From: Microcoleus sp.
Lineage (GTDB): Bacteria > Cyanobacteriota > Cyanobacteriia > Cyanobacteriales > Microcoleaceae
NCBI GenBank assembly: GCA_042408215.1
Contig: JAYFMW010000019.1
Span: 32,001-96,000, forward strand
Reading direction: 5' to 3'
DNA length: 64,000 bases
Both the position numbers and the translations under genes were made by a program. Under the pieces are notes generated by a model, which did not search any database, was not told the DNA's origin, and saw only the letters and a list, made by a program, of their open reading frames with translations. Shown here in pieces: positions 11,409-22,335 of this stretch (position 1 is the first letter of the stretch; every line of letters begins with the position of its first letter).

Positions 11409-13346
11409 CTAATCTAGTTCAAATTCATTTTTCCAAGCTTCGTCTTGTTTCCAAGGAATTTGTTCTGATTTAGGTAGCAAGAAATTCTCCAAAACCAGAT
11501 AATCCATTTCGGTACGCATGAAACAGCGATAAGCATCCTCTGGAGTACAAACAATCGGTTCGCCCCGGACGTTGAAAGAAGTATTCACCACAATCGAACA
11601 TCCCGATCGCGCTTCAAAGTGACTGATTAAGTCATAATACCGAGGATTGGTTTCTTTGTGAACTGTTTGGATGCGAGCCGAATAATCGACGTGGGTGACA
11701 GACGGAATCTCGGAACGCGGAACGTTGAGCTTGTCTATGCCGAACAACTGCTCTTGTTCGGCTGTCATCGGAATTCGCAGATTTGCTTTGACTGGAGCCA
11801 CCAATAGCATATAAGGGCTGGAATGATCCATCTCAAAATACTCAGCAACTCGTTCCGCTAAGATTGACGGCGCAAAAGGTCGAAAAGATTCCCGATATTT
11901 GATTTTCAGGTTCATCACCGACTGCATTTTGGCATTGCGGGGATCGCCAACGATCGATCGACCTCCGAGAGCCCGCGGCCCAAATTCCATCCGCCCTTGA
12001 AACCATCCCACCACATTTCCCTGTTCCAGAATTTCTGCCAACTGTGGCATTAATTCCGCATCGTCGAATCGATGATAGCTGGCTTTGACAGCATCCAAAT
12101 ACTCAACAATTTCTGTGTCAGTAAACCTTGGCCCCAAATACGAACCGCGCATTTGGTCGCGACAAGTTAAATGAGCAGTAGACTTAGTAACTGTTGCCAC
12201 TGGTTGGTTTGCAGTCAGGACTTCTGTTTTCTCTTCTACATTATTCGCCATTGTGCGATCGCCCACATCGCGCGTTTGTTCGCCATACTGATACCAAATC
12301 GCCAAAGCCGCGCCCAAAGCACCACCAGCATCTCCTGCGGCTGGTTGAATCCAAATATCTTTGAAAATGCCCTCCCGCAAAATGCGACCGTTAGCAACGC
12401 AATTAAGAGCAACGCCACCGGCAAGACAAAGATAATCCACATTCAATTCTTTTTTAACTGTTCTGCAAAGCCGCAACACAACTTCTTCGGTGACAACTTG
12501 AATTGAAGCGGCAATATCCATTTCTCGCTGAGTTAATTTACCTTCAGCTTTGCGTGGCGGGCCTTCAAATAGTTCGTCAAATTTCTGATTTGTCATGGTT
12601 AAGCCAACAGTATAGTTGAAATAATCCATGTTCAAACGGAAAGTTCCGTCGTCTTTGAGGTCGATTAAATAGTTGAGAATTTTGTCTACATATTTGGGTT
12701 CGCCGTAGGGCGCTAAACCCATGAGTTTGTATTCGCCAGAGTTGACTTTAAACCCTGTGTAGTAAGTGAAAGCGGAATAAAGCAAACCCAAAGAGTGGGG
12801 AAAATCGATTTCCCACTGGGGAGTCAGTTGGTTTCCTTCTCCTAGCCAAATGGAGGTTGTCGCCCATTCACCCACGCCGTCGAGACACAAAACGGCGGCT
12901 TTTTGAAAGGGGCTGGGAAAAAATGCTGAGGCGGCGTGGGATTGGTGGTGTTCGGTAAATAGGAGAGATGGCTTGAGTTTTGAGGTTTTGCAGTTTGCCA
13001 TTTCTGCGAGCTCTCTTTTGAGTATGGTTTTGAGGTACAGCTTTTCTTTTAGCCAGATTGGCATGGCGGTTAGGAAAGAGCGAAAACCTTGGGGTGCGTA
13101 GGCTAAATAGGTTTCGAGAAGGCGCTCGAATTTGACTAAAGGTTTGTCATAAAAGACTATTCGATCGAGTTGCTGTAGGTCAATTTTTGCTTCTTTTAGG
13201 CAATAGGCGATCGCATTCTTAGGAAATCTGGCATCGTGCTTTTTGCGGGAAAATCTTTCTTCCTGCGCTGCGGCGATAATTTCTCCATCGCTAATTAAGG
13301 CGGCGGCGCTGTCGTGATAGTACGCCGAGATTCCAAGTATGTTCAT
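11409..13346 (-). CDS. O-carbamoyltransferase (NodU/CmcH family, SxtI-like)
   Basis: ILGISAYYHDSAA, EERFSRKKH, HHQSHAASAF, GEYKLMGLAPYG, AGGVALNC, EFGPRALG, RESFRPFAP, NTSFNVRGEP. Confidence 0.95.
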   Translation of the reverse strand: MNILGISAYYHDSAAALISDGEIIAAAQEERFSRKKHDARFPKNAIAYCLKEAKIDLQQLDRIVFYDKPLVKFERLLETYLAYAPQGFRSFLTAMPIWLKEKLYLKTILKRELAEMANCKTSKLKPSLLFTEHHQSHAASAFFPSPFQKAAVLCLDGVGEWATTSIWLGEGNQLTPQWEIDFPHSLGLLYSAFTYYTGFKVNSGEYKLMGLAPYGEPKYVDKILNYLIDLKDDGTFRLNMDYFNYTVGLTMTNQKFDELFEGPPRKAEGKLTQREMDIAASIQVVTEEVVLRLCRTVKKELNVDYLCLAGGVALNCVANGRILREGIFKDIWIQPAAGDAGGALGAALAIWYQYGEQTRDVGDRTMANNVEEKTEVLTANQPVATVTKSTAHLTCRDQMRGSYLGPRFTDTEIVEYLDAVKASYHRFDDAELMPQLAEILEQGNVVGWFQGRMEFGPRALGGRSIVGDPRNAKMQSVMNLKIKYRESFRPFAPSILAERVAEYFEMDHSSPYMLLVAPVKANLRIPMTAEQEQLFGIDKLNVPRSEIPSVTHVDYSARIQTVHKETNPRYYDLISHFEARSGCSIVVNTSFNVRGEPIVCTPEDAYRCFMRTEMDYLVLENFLLPKSEQIPWKQDEAWKNEFELD

Positions 13347-13463
13347 CGCTCTCCTCACAAATCGCTATGCGTTTGCATCTGAATATTTAGAATAGCTAAT
13401 GATTATAGCTGCTTAAGTGCGGATTTAAACTTTTTCTTCAACGTCTTGGACGCGCGCCAACTA

Positions 13464-13531
13464 AAGAAACCGGGTTTTTTACCGAATCTGGGGGCCCGAA
13501 CGGGTCTTTTCGTAAAAAAACCCGGTTTCTA
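13464..13531. repeat. Short inverted-repeat element AGAAACCGGGTTTTTT...AAAAAACCCGGTTTCT
   Basis: Terminal inverted repeats visible; a related copy lies at ~31818-31883 and partial copies at ~17073 and ~34476-34526. Confidence 0.75.
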
Positions 13532-13594
13532 GACCTCGATGCGTCCACGACTCTTCAATCCCAAATCTCAAATCTAAAATCTAAAATCCCAAAT

Positions 13595-14080
13595 CTAAAA
13601 TCGGCGCATCCGTCGCCCCCAGGCTCTAAAGTAAGTGGCGATCGGGAATTGATAAAATTCACCTACCAACCACAGCACAATGCCTAAATGGGACAAAAAA
13701 GCTAAGCCTGTCCAAGCCGCAGGGAACCAGGATAAGCGGCTACCGGGTACGGGGGGAAAATAGTAAGCTGAAAGTCCTAGCAAGGTAGTGGGAAGGAAGA
13801 TCAGACCGATCGCCGCTGCCAAGTAGGGCCATCCGAATTCTACGCCTTCGAGGTGGGCTCCGATCCATTGTTTGCCGTTCCAGTGCCAACTTACGGGCGG
13901 TTGGCGATCGGCCATTTTGAGGGATTGTCTTTCAACGCTGGCGGTGAAAATGTGCTGGCAGAAGTTACAACCCAAGGCATCCATCATTACGAGAGTTGAA
14001 ATTTGACCGGTGCGACATACCGGGCAAGGATAGTTATCTTGAGGGTTAAAAGGGCGGGTTGATTTTTTGAATCTCTGCAT
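13595..14080 (-). CDS. Hypothetical Zn-ribbon membrane protein
   Basis: CPVC...CNFC cysteine pairs followed by two hydrophobic helices. Confidence 0.7.
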   Translation of the reverse strand: MQRFKKSTRPFNPQDNYPCPVCRTGQISTLVMMDALGCNFCQHIFTASVERQSLKMADRQPPVSWHWNGKQWIGAHLEGVEFGWPYLAAAIGLIFLPTTLLGLSAYYFPPVPGSRLSWFPAAWTGLAFLSHLGIVLWLVGEFYQFPIATYFRAWGRRMRRF

Positions 14081-14229
14081 GGATGAGGTGGTTTGTCAAC
14101 ATATTCAATTATTTTAACAGAGCGATCGTGCGTTGGGTCGGGCGGGTTTATGAGATTATTGATTTTAGGCAAATATTGTTGGTAAAACCCGCCCCTACAG
14201 GTTAATGATTCATGGTGGATGATTTGGGA

Positions 14230-15150
14230 TTAATTGCGGTGATTGTTGTTATACTGAATTCGGGCTCCGGCCCACTGAAGTTTTTCTCTCAAAGTGCCGT
14301 AATAAGAATAGTTTTCTCGCAAAATGATAAACTTGGCTTCGCAGTCTGCCATCCGCACCTCTACGCGCTGTCCGGGCCAAATGGCAGTACCTAAAATGCC
14401 ATCTGTCCAGAGTTTGGTAGTGAGTTCGTAATCTGCTAAGGGCCAAATGCTGACGACTGAACCGGCCGGCAAAACTACTGGGCGACTGGATAAACTTAAG
14501 GGACAAATCGGAGTAACTACGATCGCATCCATTCCGGGGTGTACGATCGGGCCGTTGGCAGATGCGGTGTAGCAAGTGGAACCGGTGGGAGTTGCGACTA
14601 TTAAGCCGTCGCCCTGATATTGATCGACTACTTCGCCGTCAACTTCCATTTCGAGAATGCAACTCGGCATTCGATCGGCACAAGCGGGTTTGATGCACAT
14701 TTCATTGAGCGCCAAAAAGCGATCGCTCTCTGGTTCGAGATTAGTTCTATTCCCATCAAAAATCGCCGCCTGCAACATCATCCGCTTCTGCACGGCATAC
14801 CTATCTTCGGCCAGCCTGTCCCAAATCTCTTCAGTATTTTGGAAATCCTCAAAAGATTCAGTTAAAAAACCTAAGTGTCCCCCCACATTCGCCGCCAAAA
14901 TCGGGATGCCGTCAGCAGCTAAATTTCGCGCCGCAGCAAGGGCAGTGCCGTCGCCACCGAGCACCACAGCCAGGTCGATCGGCACATTGCTAGAAGCCAA
15001 AAACACTGGATAGGGGTTATCTTTCGGGCCGCTCGGCCCCATCAAAATATGACACCCGCGACTTTCTAATTGCCGAGCACATTGTTCGGCCCATCGCTGG
15101 CTGAAGAGATCTCTGGCTTTGTGGGCAATAATTACTTGTTTTAGTTGCAC
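14230..15150 (-). CDS. nadK: NAD(+) kinase
   Basis: LGGDGT, GHLGFL, LNE, GDGLIVATPTGST motifs. Confidence 0.95.
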   Translation of the reverse strand: MQLKQVIIAHKARDLFSQRWAEQCARQLESRGCHILMGPSGPKDNPYPVFLASSNVPIDLAVVLGGDGTALAAARNLAADGIPILAANVGGHLGFLTESFEDFQNTEEIWDRLAEDRYAVQKRMMLQAAIFDGNRTNLEPESDRFLALNEMCIKPACADRMPSCILEMEVDGEVVDQYQGDGLIVATPTGSTCYTASANGPIVHPGMDAIVVTPICPLSLSSRPVVLPAGSVVSIWPLADYELTTKLWTDGILGTAIWPGQRVEVRMADCEAKFIILRENYSYYGTLREKLQWAGARIQYNNNHRN

Positions 15151-15325
15151 AACCTGTCGATTTTAGATTTTAGATTTTGGATTTGGGATTGTTAGATTTT
15201 AGTTGAAAGATCTTGAAATATACGATCGCACAAATTGGTTTTGGACATCCTGTTAGATTTTAAACTATTTTGGAGAATTCCCAATTATTTAATCGAAAAT
15301 CGAAAATCGAAAATCGAAAATTGTA

Positions 15326-16972
15326 TTACCCGTCGATACTGCGGGATTTCGGGCGTGGCCATGTAATGCTGGTGTCGGCTGCGATTAGACGAGAAACAGC
15401 GATCGCCCCAAACTGATTAAGATGGCTGGGGTCAAAAAAATAGTCGTTGCGGTTTGGCCACCGCTGGGAAAAGTCGCGGAAAGCGAAGCCTTTTTGCCGC
15501 GAGAGTTGCTGCATTTGTTGCCGGAATTGCTGTTCTGCATAGCGACGAGTGCTGTCTAGATAGTCGTCGGTGAGGGGCAAATTGACGAAAACCAATGGAA
15601 TTTTGCGAGTTTTGACAAAAGCTATGACTGAATTGAAAGCTTGAGCCTGTTTGCCTTCAAGGTTGAAGTCTTCGTAGTCGCGATCGTACCTACCAGAAAC
15701 GTAGGGATGTTGGTCATAATAGGTGTTGGGATTATAGCGGGCCGACAGAGACATAAATCCGTTAGAGTCGATCGAGTCTGCCAAGTCGTTGACGGGCCTG
15801 ATCGGCCTAGTGGCGGGCGCTGAGAGGGTTCTATATGGTGCATTTTGGAATACTACAGGAGTGGCGATCGGTTTTAAATGAGATTTTGTAACATTGTCAA
15901 AAACCTTTCGGGGCGGATTCACCAATCGCTTTAAAGGATACCCAAAGACTAAAAAACCTCCCCCCACCTCGCGCGAGAGTCCTCGATCAATATTGGTGGC
16001 TGATGTAAGTTTTAACTCAGATTTTGTACCAATAGAGGCTGTCGAAAGCTGTGCTCTCTGGAAACTGCCGCGGCAAGGCTGCGGGAATTTGTAACACTGG
16101 GAAGTAACATTGGGTTCATCTTCCGGCAATTTGGGGCGAACACCTGCGACTAAAAGTTGATTGCCCTCAGAGGCGATAATTGAGTTAAAAGTGCGATCGG
16201 CCCTGCCACTATTGAATGCCCGCACCCCGTCAGCCCAGACAATCATTTGAGGTAAATGCTGGGGTTTTAAGAGTCGCCGCAGTTGAAAGTCAACTACTTG
16301 TGCAGTGGCACCGTTAACTGCAAAATTAAATATGGTTAAGCCCGATCGACCGTTAGCAGCCAAAGATTGTTTGAGCTGTTTGGGATCGACGCCTTGCAGC
16401 GCGCGAGAACTACCGACAATCAAAACATCTGGCGGGCCGACCGTCGCCACGTAGGATAGGTAAAGTTCTAGCTGTTCGTTGAGCAAATCGCTGCTAAAGC
16501 TGGCGGAGTTGAGTTGACGAGTTGCGCCTGCTTGCTGTTGGGAATAAGTGAGGTTTTTCATGTACTCCACCACTTTTTTCTCAGCAAAAGCCCGTTTGGG
16601 ACTGCTGGGAGGAACGGCTTGCATCCAAGCTACCGCTTGCACCCACAGGGCTGCTACTTCGTCCCAGTCTTGTTTTGAATTGGCTGATTGAGCCAAATTA
16701 GAGGCTTGGGTGGCAAAGCTAACCGCCTCCGTGAAGCCATCGTTTTGGGGGCATGAGAGCGCGCTAACGAATTTTTTGGGTTTTTTGGAGTTTTGAGCTA
16801 GGAGAGTCTCAGGGGGCTGTGCTTGGGCTGCGGATGCGATCGCCCCATCGGTCACTGCGGTGTTGAGCTGCTTCGTTGAGGAACATCCGACTGTTAAGGC
16901 TAGCACCGTCGCAGCGGCGCAGGTACGTTTGAGGATGCTAGTGCTGATGCTAGCAATGTAGTGGCGAATCAT
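15326..16972 (-). CDS. Putative lipoprotein with SGNH-like (DUF1574-like) domain
   Basis: Lipobox-like LTVGC; VGSSRA, FNFAVNGAT, DPSHLN. Confidence 0.65.
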   Translation of the reverse strand: MIRHYIASISTSILKRTCAAATVLALTVGCSSTKQLNTAVTDGAIASAAQAQPPETLLAQNSKKPKKFVSALSCPQNDGFTEAVSFATQASNLAQSANSKQDWDEVAALWVQAVAWMQAVPPSSPKRAFAEKKVVEYMKNLTYSQQQAGATRQLNSASFSSDLLNEQLELYLSYVATVGPPDVLIVGSSRALQGVDPKQLKQSLAANGRSGLTIFNFAVNGATAQVVDFQLRRLLKPQHLPQMIVWADGVRAFNSGRADRTFNSIIASEGNQLLVAGVRPKLPEDEPNVTSQCYKFPQPCRGSFQRAQLSTASIGTKSELKLTSATNIDRGLSREVGGGFLVFGYPLKRLVNPPRKVFDNVTKSHLKPIATPVVFQNAPYRTLSAPATRPIRPVNDLADSIDSNGFMSLSARYNPNTYYDQHPYVSGRYDRDYEDFNLEGKQAQAFNSVIAFVKTRKIPLVFVNLPLTDDYLDSTRRYAEQQFRQQMQQLSRQKGFAFRDFSQRWPNRNDYFFDPSHLNQFGAIAVSRLIAADTSITWPRPKSRSIDG

Positions 16973-17146
16973 AGAGCTTTTAGCGATCGCGAAACATTAC
17001 TAAATATTACATGAAAGCGCCAAAAGTCTCCCGTCGTCGTTGTTACGTTAGCGTATTCATGGGGACCCCAGCCACCGGGTTTTTTCACGAAAAGACCTGT
17101 TGGAACCAGCAGATTTGGTAAACACATTCGGCTTCGCGAGCGTGCT

Positions 17147-20100
17147 TTAGTCGGAGTTCGTCGGAATGTCTGTGTGAGATTCGATGACTGCTTCGGCTTC
17201 CAGGGCGATCGATCGCAATTTATCCAGTATATCCTGACTTGCCGACTGCCACAACCCCCGCTGACGAGCTTCTAACAATCTTTCCGCCATATCTCGCAGC
17301 GCCCAAGGATTGTTTGATTGAATAAATGCGTGCACTTTCTCATCAAAAATGTAAGCCTCCGCGATTCCTTCATACATAAAATCCTCAACACAATTAGCCG
17401 TAGCATCATAAGCAAACAAAAAATCAACAGTTGCTGCAATTTCAAACGCACCTTTATAACCATGTCGCATGGCCCCTTCAATCCATTTCGGATTCACAGC
17501 CCTGCTGCGATAAACTCGCGCAATTTCTTCCCGCAGTTGTCTAACTTTCGGATTCTCAGGAATTGAGTTATCTCCGAAATAAGTTTCAGGATTTTTGCCT
17601 TGCAAATTGCGAATTGCCGCAGTCATTCCGCCTTGGAATTGATAATAATCGTCGGAGTCTAAAATGTCGTGTTCGCGGTTGTCTTGGTTTTGCAGAACTA
17701 TTTGCATTTGGCTGAGGCGTTTGGTAAATGCTTCCGGTGCAGAACATCCCCATTCACGCCCCTTAAATTCACCCCCCCTAACCCCCCCTTGGTAAGGGGG
17801 GGGACAAGAATTTGAATTAGCCCCCCCTTGGTAAGGGGGGGTTGGGGGGGTAGGAGTGGAATTAGCCCCCCCTTGGTAAGGGGGGGTTGGGGGGGTATGA
17901 GTGGAATTAGCCCCCCCTTGGTAAGGGGGGGTTGGGGGGGTATGAGTGGAATTAGCCCCCCCTTGGTAAGGGGGGGTTGGGGGGGTATGAGTGGAATTAG
18001 CCCCCCCTTGGTAAGGGGGGGTTGGGGGGGTATGAGTGGAATTAGCCCCCCCTTGGTAAGGGGGGGTTGGGGGGGTATGAGTGGAATTAGCCCCCCCTTG
18101 GTAAGGGGGGGTTGGGGGGGTATGAGTGGAATTAGCCCCCCCTTGGTAAGGGGGGGTTGGGGGGGTATGAGTGGAATTAGCCCCCCCTTGATAAGGGGGG
18201 GTTGGGGGGGTATGAGTGGAATTAGCCCCCCCTTGGTAAGGGGGGGTTGGGGGGGTACTTGTATAGGCGTAACTGCTCCAATTAATGTAAGCTTTTGCTA
18301 AATCTCCGTCGTCTGTCCAGTTTTGAGCTTCAATGATGCCCTTGAAGTCCCGCGCCGTAAGCACCCGGTTTGGAACCAAATACTCTAAATTGCGATCGAA
18401 CTTCTGCATCTTCTCGACTCAAACCCGTCGTTTCCCAATATAGAATCTCTGCTTTAACTTGTGCTGCTAAAGGATTGCTTTCCGCAGGTTCATCTAAATC
18501 TGCCACAGCTTTTACCGCAGAATCAAACAAATCAATTAAATTAAAAAAAGCATCCCGAAAAAAGCCAGAAATTCGCAAAGTAACATCAACTCTGGGCCGC
18601 CCCAAAATAGAAACTGGCAAGATTTCAAAATCTACAACCCGGCGCGAAGGCCCATCCCAAACTGGTTGAACTCCGATCAATGCTAGGGCTTCTGCAATGT
18701 CGTCTCCTCCCGTCCGCATCGTGGATGTTCCCCACACTGACAAGCCCAAAGTTTTGGGATATTCGCCATTTTCTTGAGTGTATCTTTCGATTAAAGTTTC
18801 AGCAGCAACTCTCCCAACTCTCCAGGCGGTTTCTGTGGGAATGGCGCGGATATCTACTGAGTAAAAATTGCGACCGGTGGGTAATACATCGGGTCGGCCA
18901 CGGGTGGGCGCGCCGGATGCACCGCTGGGTATGTGGCGCCCATCTAACCCGCGCAAAAGGTTAGTAATTTCTTGGTTTGTTTGGAGGAGTGATGGTAAAA
19001 GATAGTTTTCTATCCAGTCTATTTCTGGTTGTGTTGCTTGTCCTATTTGGAGATTTTTAACCGCCGATTCACGCGGATTAACGCTGATGTTGTCGATGAT
19101 GTTGTCGATTAAGTTATCGACTAATTCTATGGCTTTTTCTTCGATTTCTGCTGTTAAATCGCCCGCTGTGCGGTGCTGAATTATGGAGGTGGGATGGGAG
19201 GTTAAGGGGTCGAAATCGTAGCCTGAGTCTTCTGCTAGGGCGCGGGTTAAGCCCGATCGCCCGTTGGTGGGATGGCGGGCGATCGCAATTATCAAATCTC
19301 TCAATTGTCGCCCTTGGGGGCACTGTCCGAAAATGTGCAATCCGTCGCGAATTTGGGACTCTTTTAGTTCGCAAAGATAGCCGTCTGTGCGGGTGATGAA
19401 TTCGGTAAATTCGGATTTATTGAGTTGTATTCCTAAGTCTTTGTCTAGGTTTTCCTTGTTGGTGAGGGCGACAATGCGATCGCGAATCATCGGTAATCGA
19501 GATGGATCTAAGCTTTGCGCTTCGCAATATTCGTCGATTAAGGCCTCTAACTGCTGCAAAGGCCCATAAAGTTCGGCGCGAGTCATCGGCGGTGTCAGGT
19601 GGTCGATTATCACGGCTTGCGATCGTCTTTTTGCCTGGGAACCCTCCCCCGGATCGTTGACAATAAAAGGATAAAAATTCGGCATCGCGCCTAATGCAAC
19701 TTCGGGATAACAATTGCTAGATAAAGCGACACTTTTACCGGGAAGCCATTCTAAATTACCATGTTTTCCGGCATGAATGATTGCCTGACTTCCAAATTTT
19801 TGGCGCAACCAATAATAGTAAGCTAGATAATTGTGAGTTGGTTCTAAATCCGGTGCGTGATAGTTCAAACTAGGGTCAATTTCGTATCCCCGCGATGGTT
19901 GAATTCCCACAAACACATTGCCAAATTGAATCCCCGGAATCGGAAACAGGTTCGCATCCATAAGTTCCGTCTTTTCCCCTGTCGCAAACCCCCATCTATT
20001 ACAGATTCCATCTTGGACTTGCGGCGGCAAAGTTGCAAAATACTCTTGATATTCTGCCAAATCCAAATATTGATTTACAGCCCGCAATTCCCGTCCTTCC

Positions 20101-22163
20101 GGGTCATTTGTCACGCCGGATGTTAGCATTTCAATTAACTCATTGCCACTGTTTGGAATGTTATCTACTTGATAACCATCTTCCTGCAAAGCTTTGAGGA
20201 TTTCCACACAGCTAGCGGGCGTATCCAAGCCGACACCGTTGGCTAATCTTGCGTTGCGGGTGGGATAATTTGCGAGAATTATGGCGATGCGTCTGTTGGT
20301 GGCGGGAGTTTGTTTTAGTTTTACCCAGTTTGTAGTTAAATCTGCTACAAATGAAATGCGATCGTCCGCAGCGACATAACCTACTACATCTGTTTCTAAG
20401 TCGCTATTCCAAGTCTGTACAGCCTTGAAAGAAACCGCCCTAGTAATGATTTTGCCATCTACTTCTGGCAAAGCTACATTCATCGCCACATCGCGCGGCG
20501 AAAGTCCTTGCAATTCACTTTCCCACTGTTCTAAACCGCCACCACTAAATATGGCTTGCAATACTGGAACATCTAATAATTTTAAGGTATTTTGTTCTGG
20601 TTCTGGACTGTTGAAACCGGAGATTGCAAAACTTGTCGTGTTCAGCAATAATTGAATTGGTTCAGCGTCTTTTGGTTGGAAATATTCTATCAATTCCACT
20701 TGCAAATCTGGTTCTCGCAAAGAAGACACAAACACGGGAACGGGTACTAAGTTTCGCTCTGATAAAGCTTGACAAAGCGCATCAATTGGTGCTAGGTTTC
20801 CTGATAAATAATGAGCGCGATAAAACAAGATTCCCACCGTAGGGGCGGTGCCCCCGTGCCCGCCCTCTTCCTGTCCTTTAGCATCGGTTTCTACCCCCGG
20901 AGATCCCCCCCAGCCCCCCTTAATAAGGGGGGAGCAAGAAGTGGTCAAAGTCCCCCTTGTTAAGGGGGATTTAGGGGGATCGGAATCGGGAATCAAAGTC
21001 CCCCTTGTTAAGGGGGATTTAGGGGGATCGAAATCAGGAATCAAAGTCCCCCTTGTTAAGGGGGATTTAGGGGGATCGAAATCAGGAATCAAAGTCCCCC
21101 TTCTTAAGGGGGATTTAGGGGGATCGGAATCAGGAATCAAAGTCCCCCTTCTTAAGGGGGATTTAGGGGGATCTAAATCGGTTTGTAAACCCGGAGATCC
21201 CCCCCAGCCCCCCTTAATAAGGGGGGAGCAAGAAGTGGTCAAAGTCCCCCTTGTTAAGGGGGATTTAGGGGGATCGGAATCAGGAATCAAAGTCCCCCTT
21301 GTTAAGGGGGATTTAGGGGGATCGAAATCAGGAATCAAAGTCCCCCTTGTTAAGGGGGATTTAGGGGGATCGGAATCAGGAATCAAAGTCCCCCTTCTTA
21401 AGGGGGATTTAGGGGGATCGAAATCAGGCATCAAAGTCCCCCTTCTTAAGGGGGATTTAGGGGGATCTAAATCGGTTTGTAAACCCGGAGATCCCCCCCA
21501 GCCCCCCTTAATAAGGGGGGAGCCAGAAGTTGTCAAAGTCCCCCTTCTTAAGGGGGATTTAGGGGGATCGAAATCAGGTGGTAAAGTTCCAAAACCAGCC
21601 CTCGCATTTCCTCCCCATTCATAAATTCCGACGCGGGAAACTGTTTGAGGTAAAGGTGGATTGTAGGCAGTTTTGAGACAAGTATCTGCCGCAAATTTTA
21701 GGGCATTAACAAAGTTTTGGACTCCGCCTTCTGTGAAGTAGCGCCACAGTTGATTGACTGCTGATAGCGATATATTTGAATGACTGATTAAATCGGGATC
21801 TGGACTGTCATCACCGGGCATTACAATCAGTTTAGCTTGAGTTTTTTCCGCCGTTTCCCGCAGAGTTTCTAACCCATAAGACCAATAGGAACGCCCTCCT
21901 AACAGCCTTAAAATTATTACCTGCGCGTGTTCTAAAATTTCCTCGGCGTAGGTATCAATGGTTAGTTGTTGCTGCAATTGGAGGAGATTCACCGCGCGGA
22001 GTTTGGGGAATTCTGCTGGTAGTTTTGATGCAGCCGCCGCGAGAGTTTGAATATCTGTGTCAGCGGCACTAATAAAGACTATTGGTGCGGGGGTTTGTTG
22101 GATGAATATTACTCCTTCGGCTTGGGGGTTCCAGCCTCCTGGTGTTGCTGCTATTTTGTGCAT
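17147..22163 (-). CDS. cobN: Cobaltochelatase subunit CobN with in-frame repeat insertions and an apparent +1 frameshift at ~18339
   Basis: GKHGNLEWLPGK, NDPGEGSQAKRR, TGRNFYSVD and WGTSTMRTGGDD in 18330-22163; QDNREHDILD and NPKWIEG.MRHGYKGA in 17147-18409. Removing one G from CAA GGG CAT gives ...GAGLQGIIEAQNW. Confidence 0.9.
17783..18258. repeat. Tandem array of ten 45-bp palindromic units (plus one partial) inside cobN
   Basis: Core CCCCCCCTTGGTAAGGGGGG every 45 bp from ~17820 to ~18225; encodes (STHTPPTPPYQGGAN)n. Confidence 0.95.
20839..21580. repeat. Compound array inside cobN: 48-bp palindromic units arranged in a 294-bp higher-order period, plus a GTAG-REP at the left edge
   Basis: AAAGTCCCCCTTGTTAAGGGGGATTTAGGGGGATCG units; CCGGAGATCCCCCCCAG recurs at 20897, 21191 and 21485; GTAGGGGCGGTGCCCCCGTGCCCGCCC at ~20839. 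Confidence 0.95.
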
Positions 22164-22335
22164 TAATTTTTAGTTTATGTTGATCAATAGTGAGAGTAAT
22201 TGCGATGGTCTTTATTAGTATAACATGACTTATATCAAATTTGGTTGTACCGGAATATTTTAACCACAGAGGGCGCAGAGTACGCAGAGGAAGAGAAGAG
22301 AGAGATGGATGTTTTTCTGTTTCCGAGGTTTTAAT

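Noticed and set aside
9443..13346. Saxitoxin biosynthesis cluster
   Set aside because: Only sxtI/J/K/L-like genes are present; no sxtA, sxtG or sxtB-like genes in the window.
17828..18301. Gly-rich 157-aa ORF on the + strand (likewise 20848-21624)
   Set aside because: Antisense read-through of stop-free repeats inside cobN.
17783..21580. CRISPR array interpretation of the palindromic arrays in cobN
   Set aside because: Units are head-to-tail with no unique spacers, lie in frame within a gene, and no cas genes are present.
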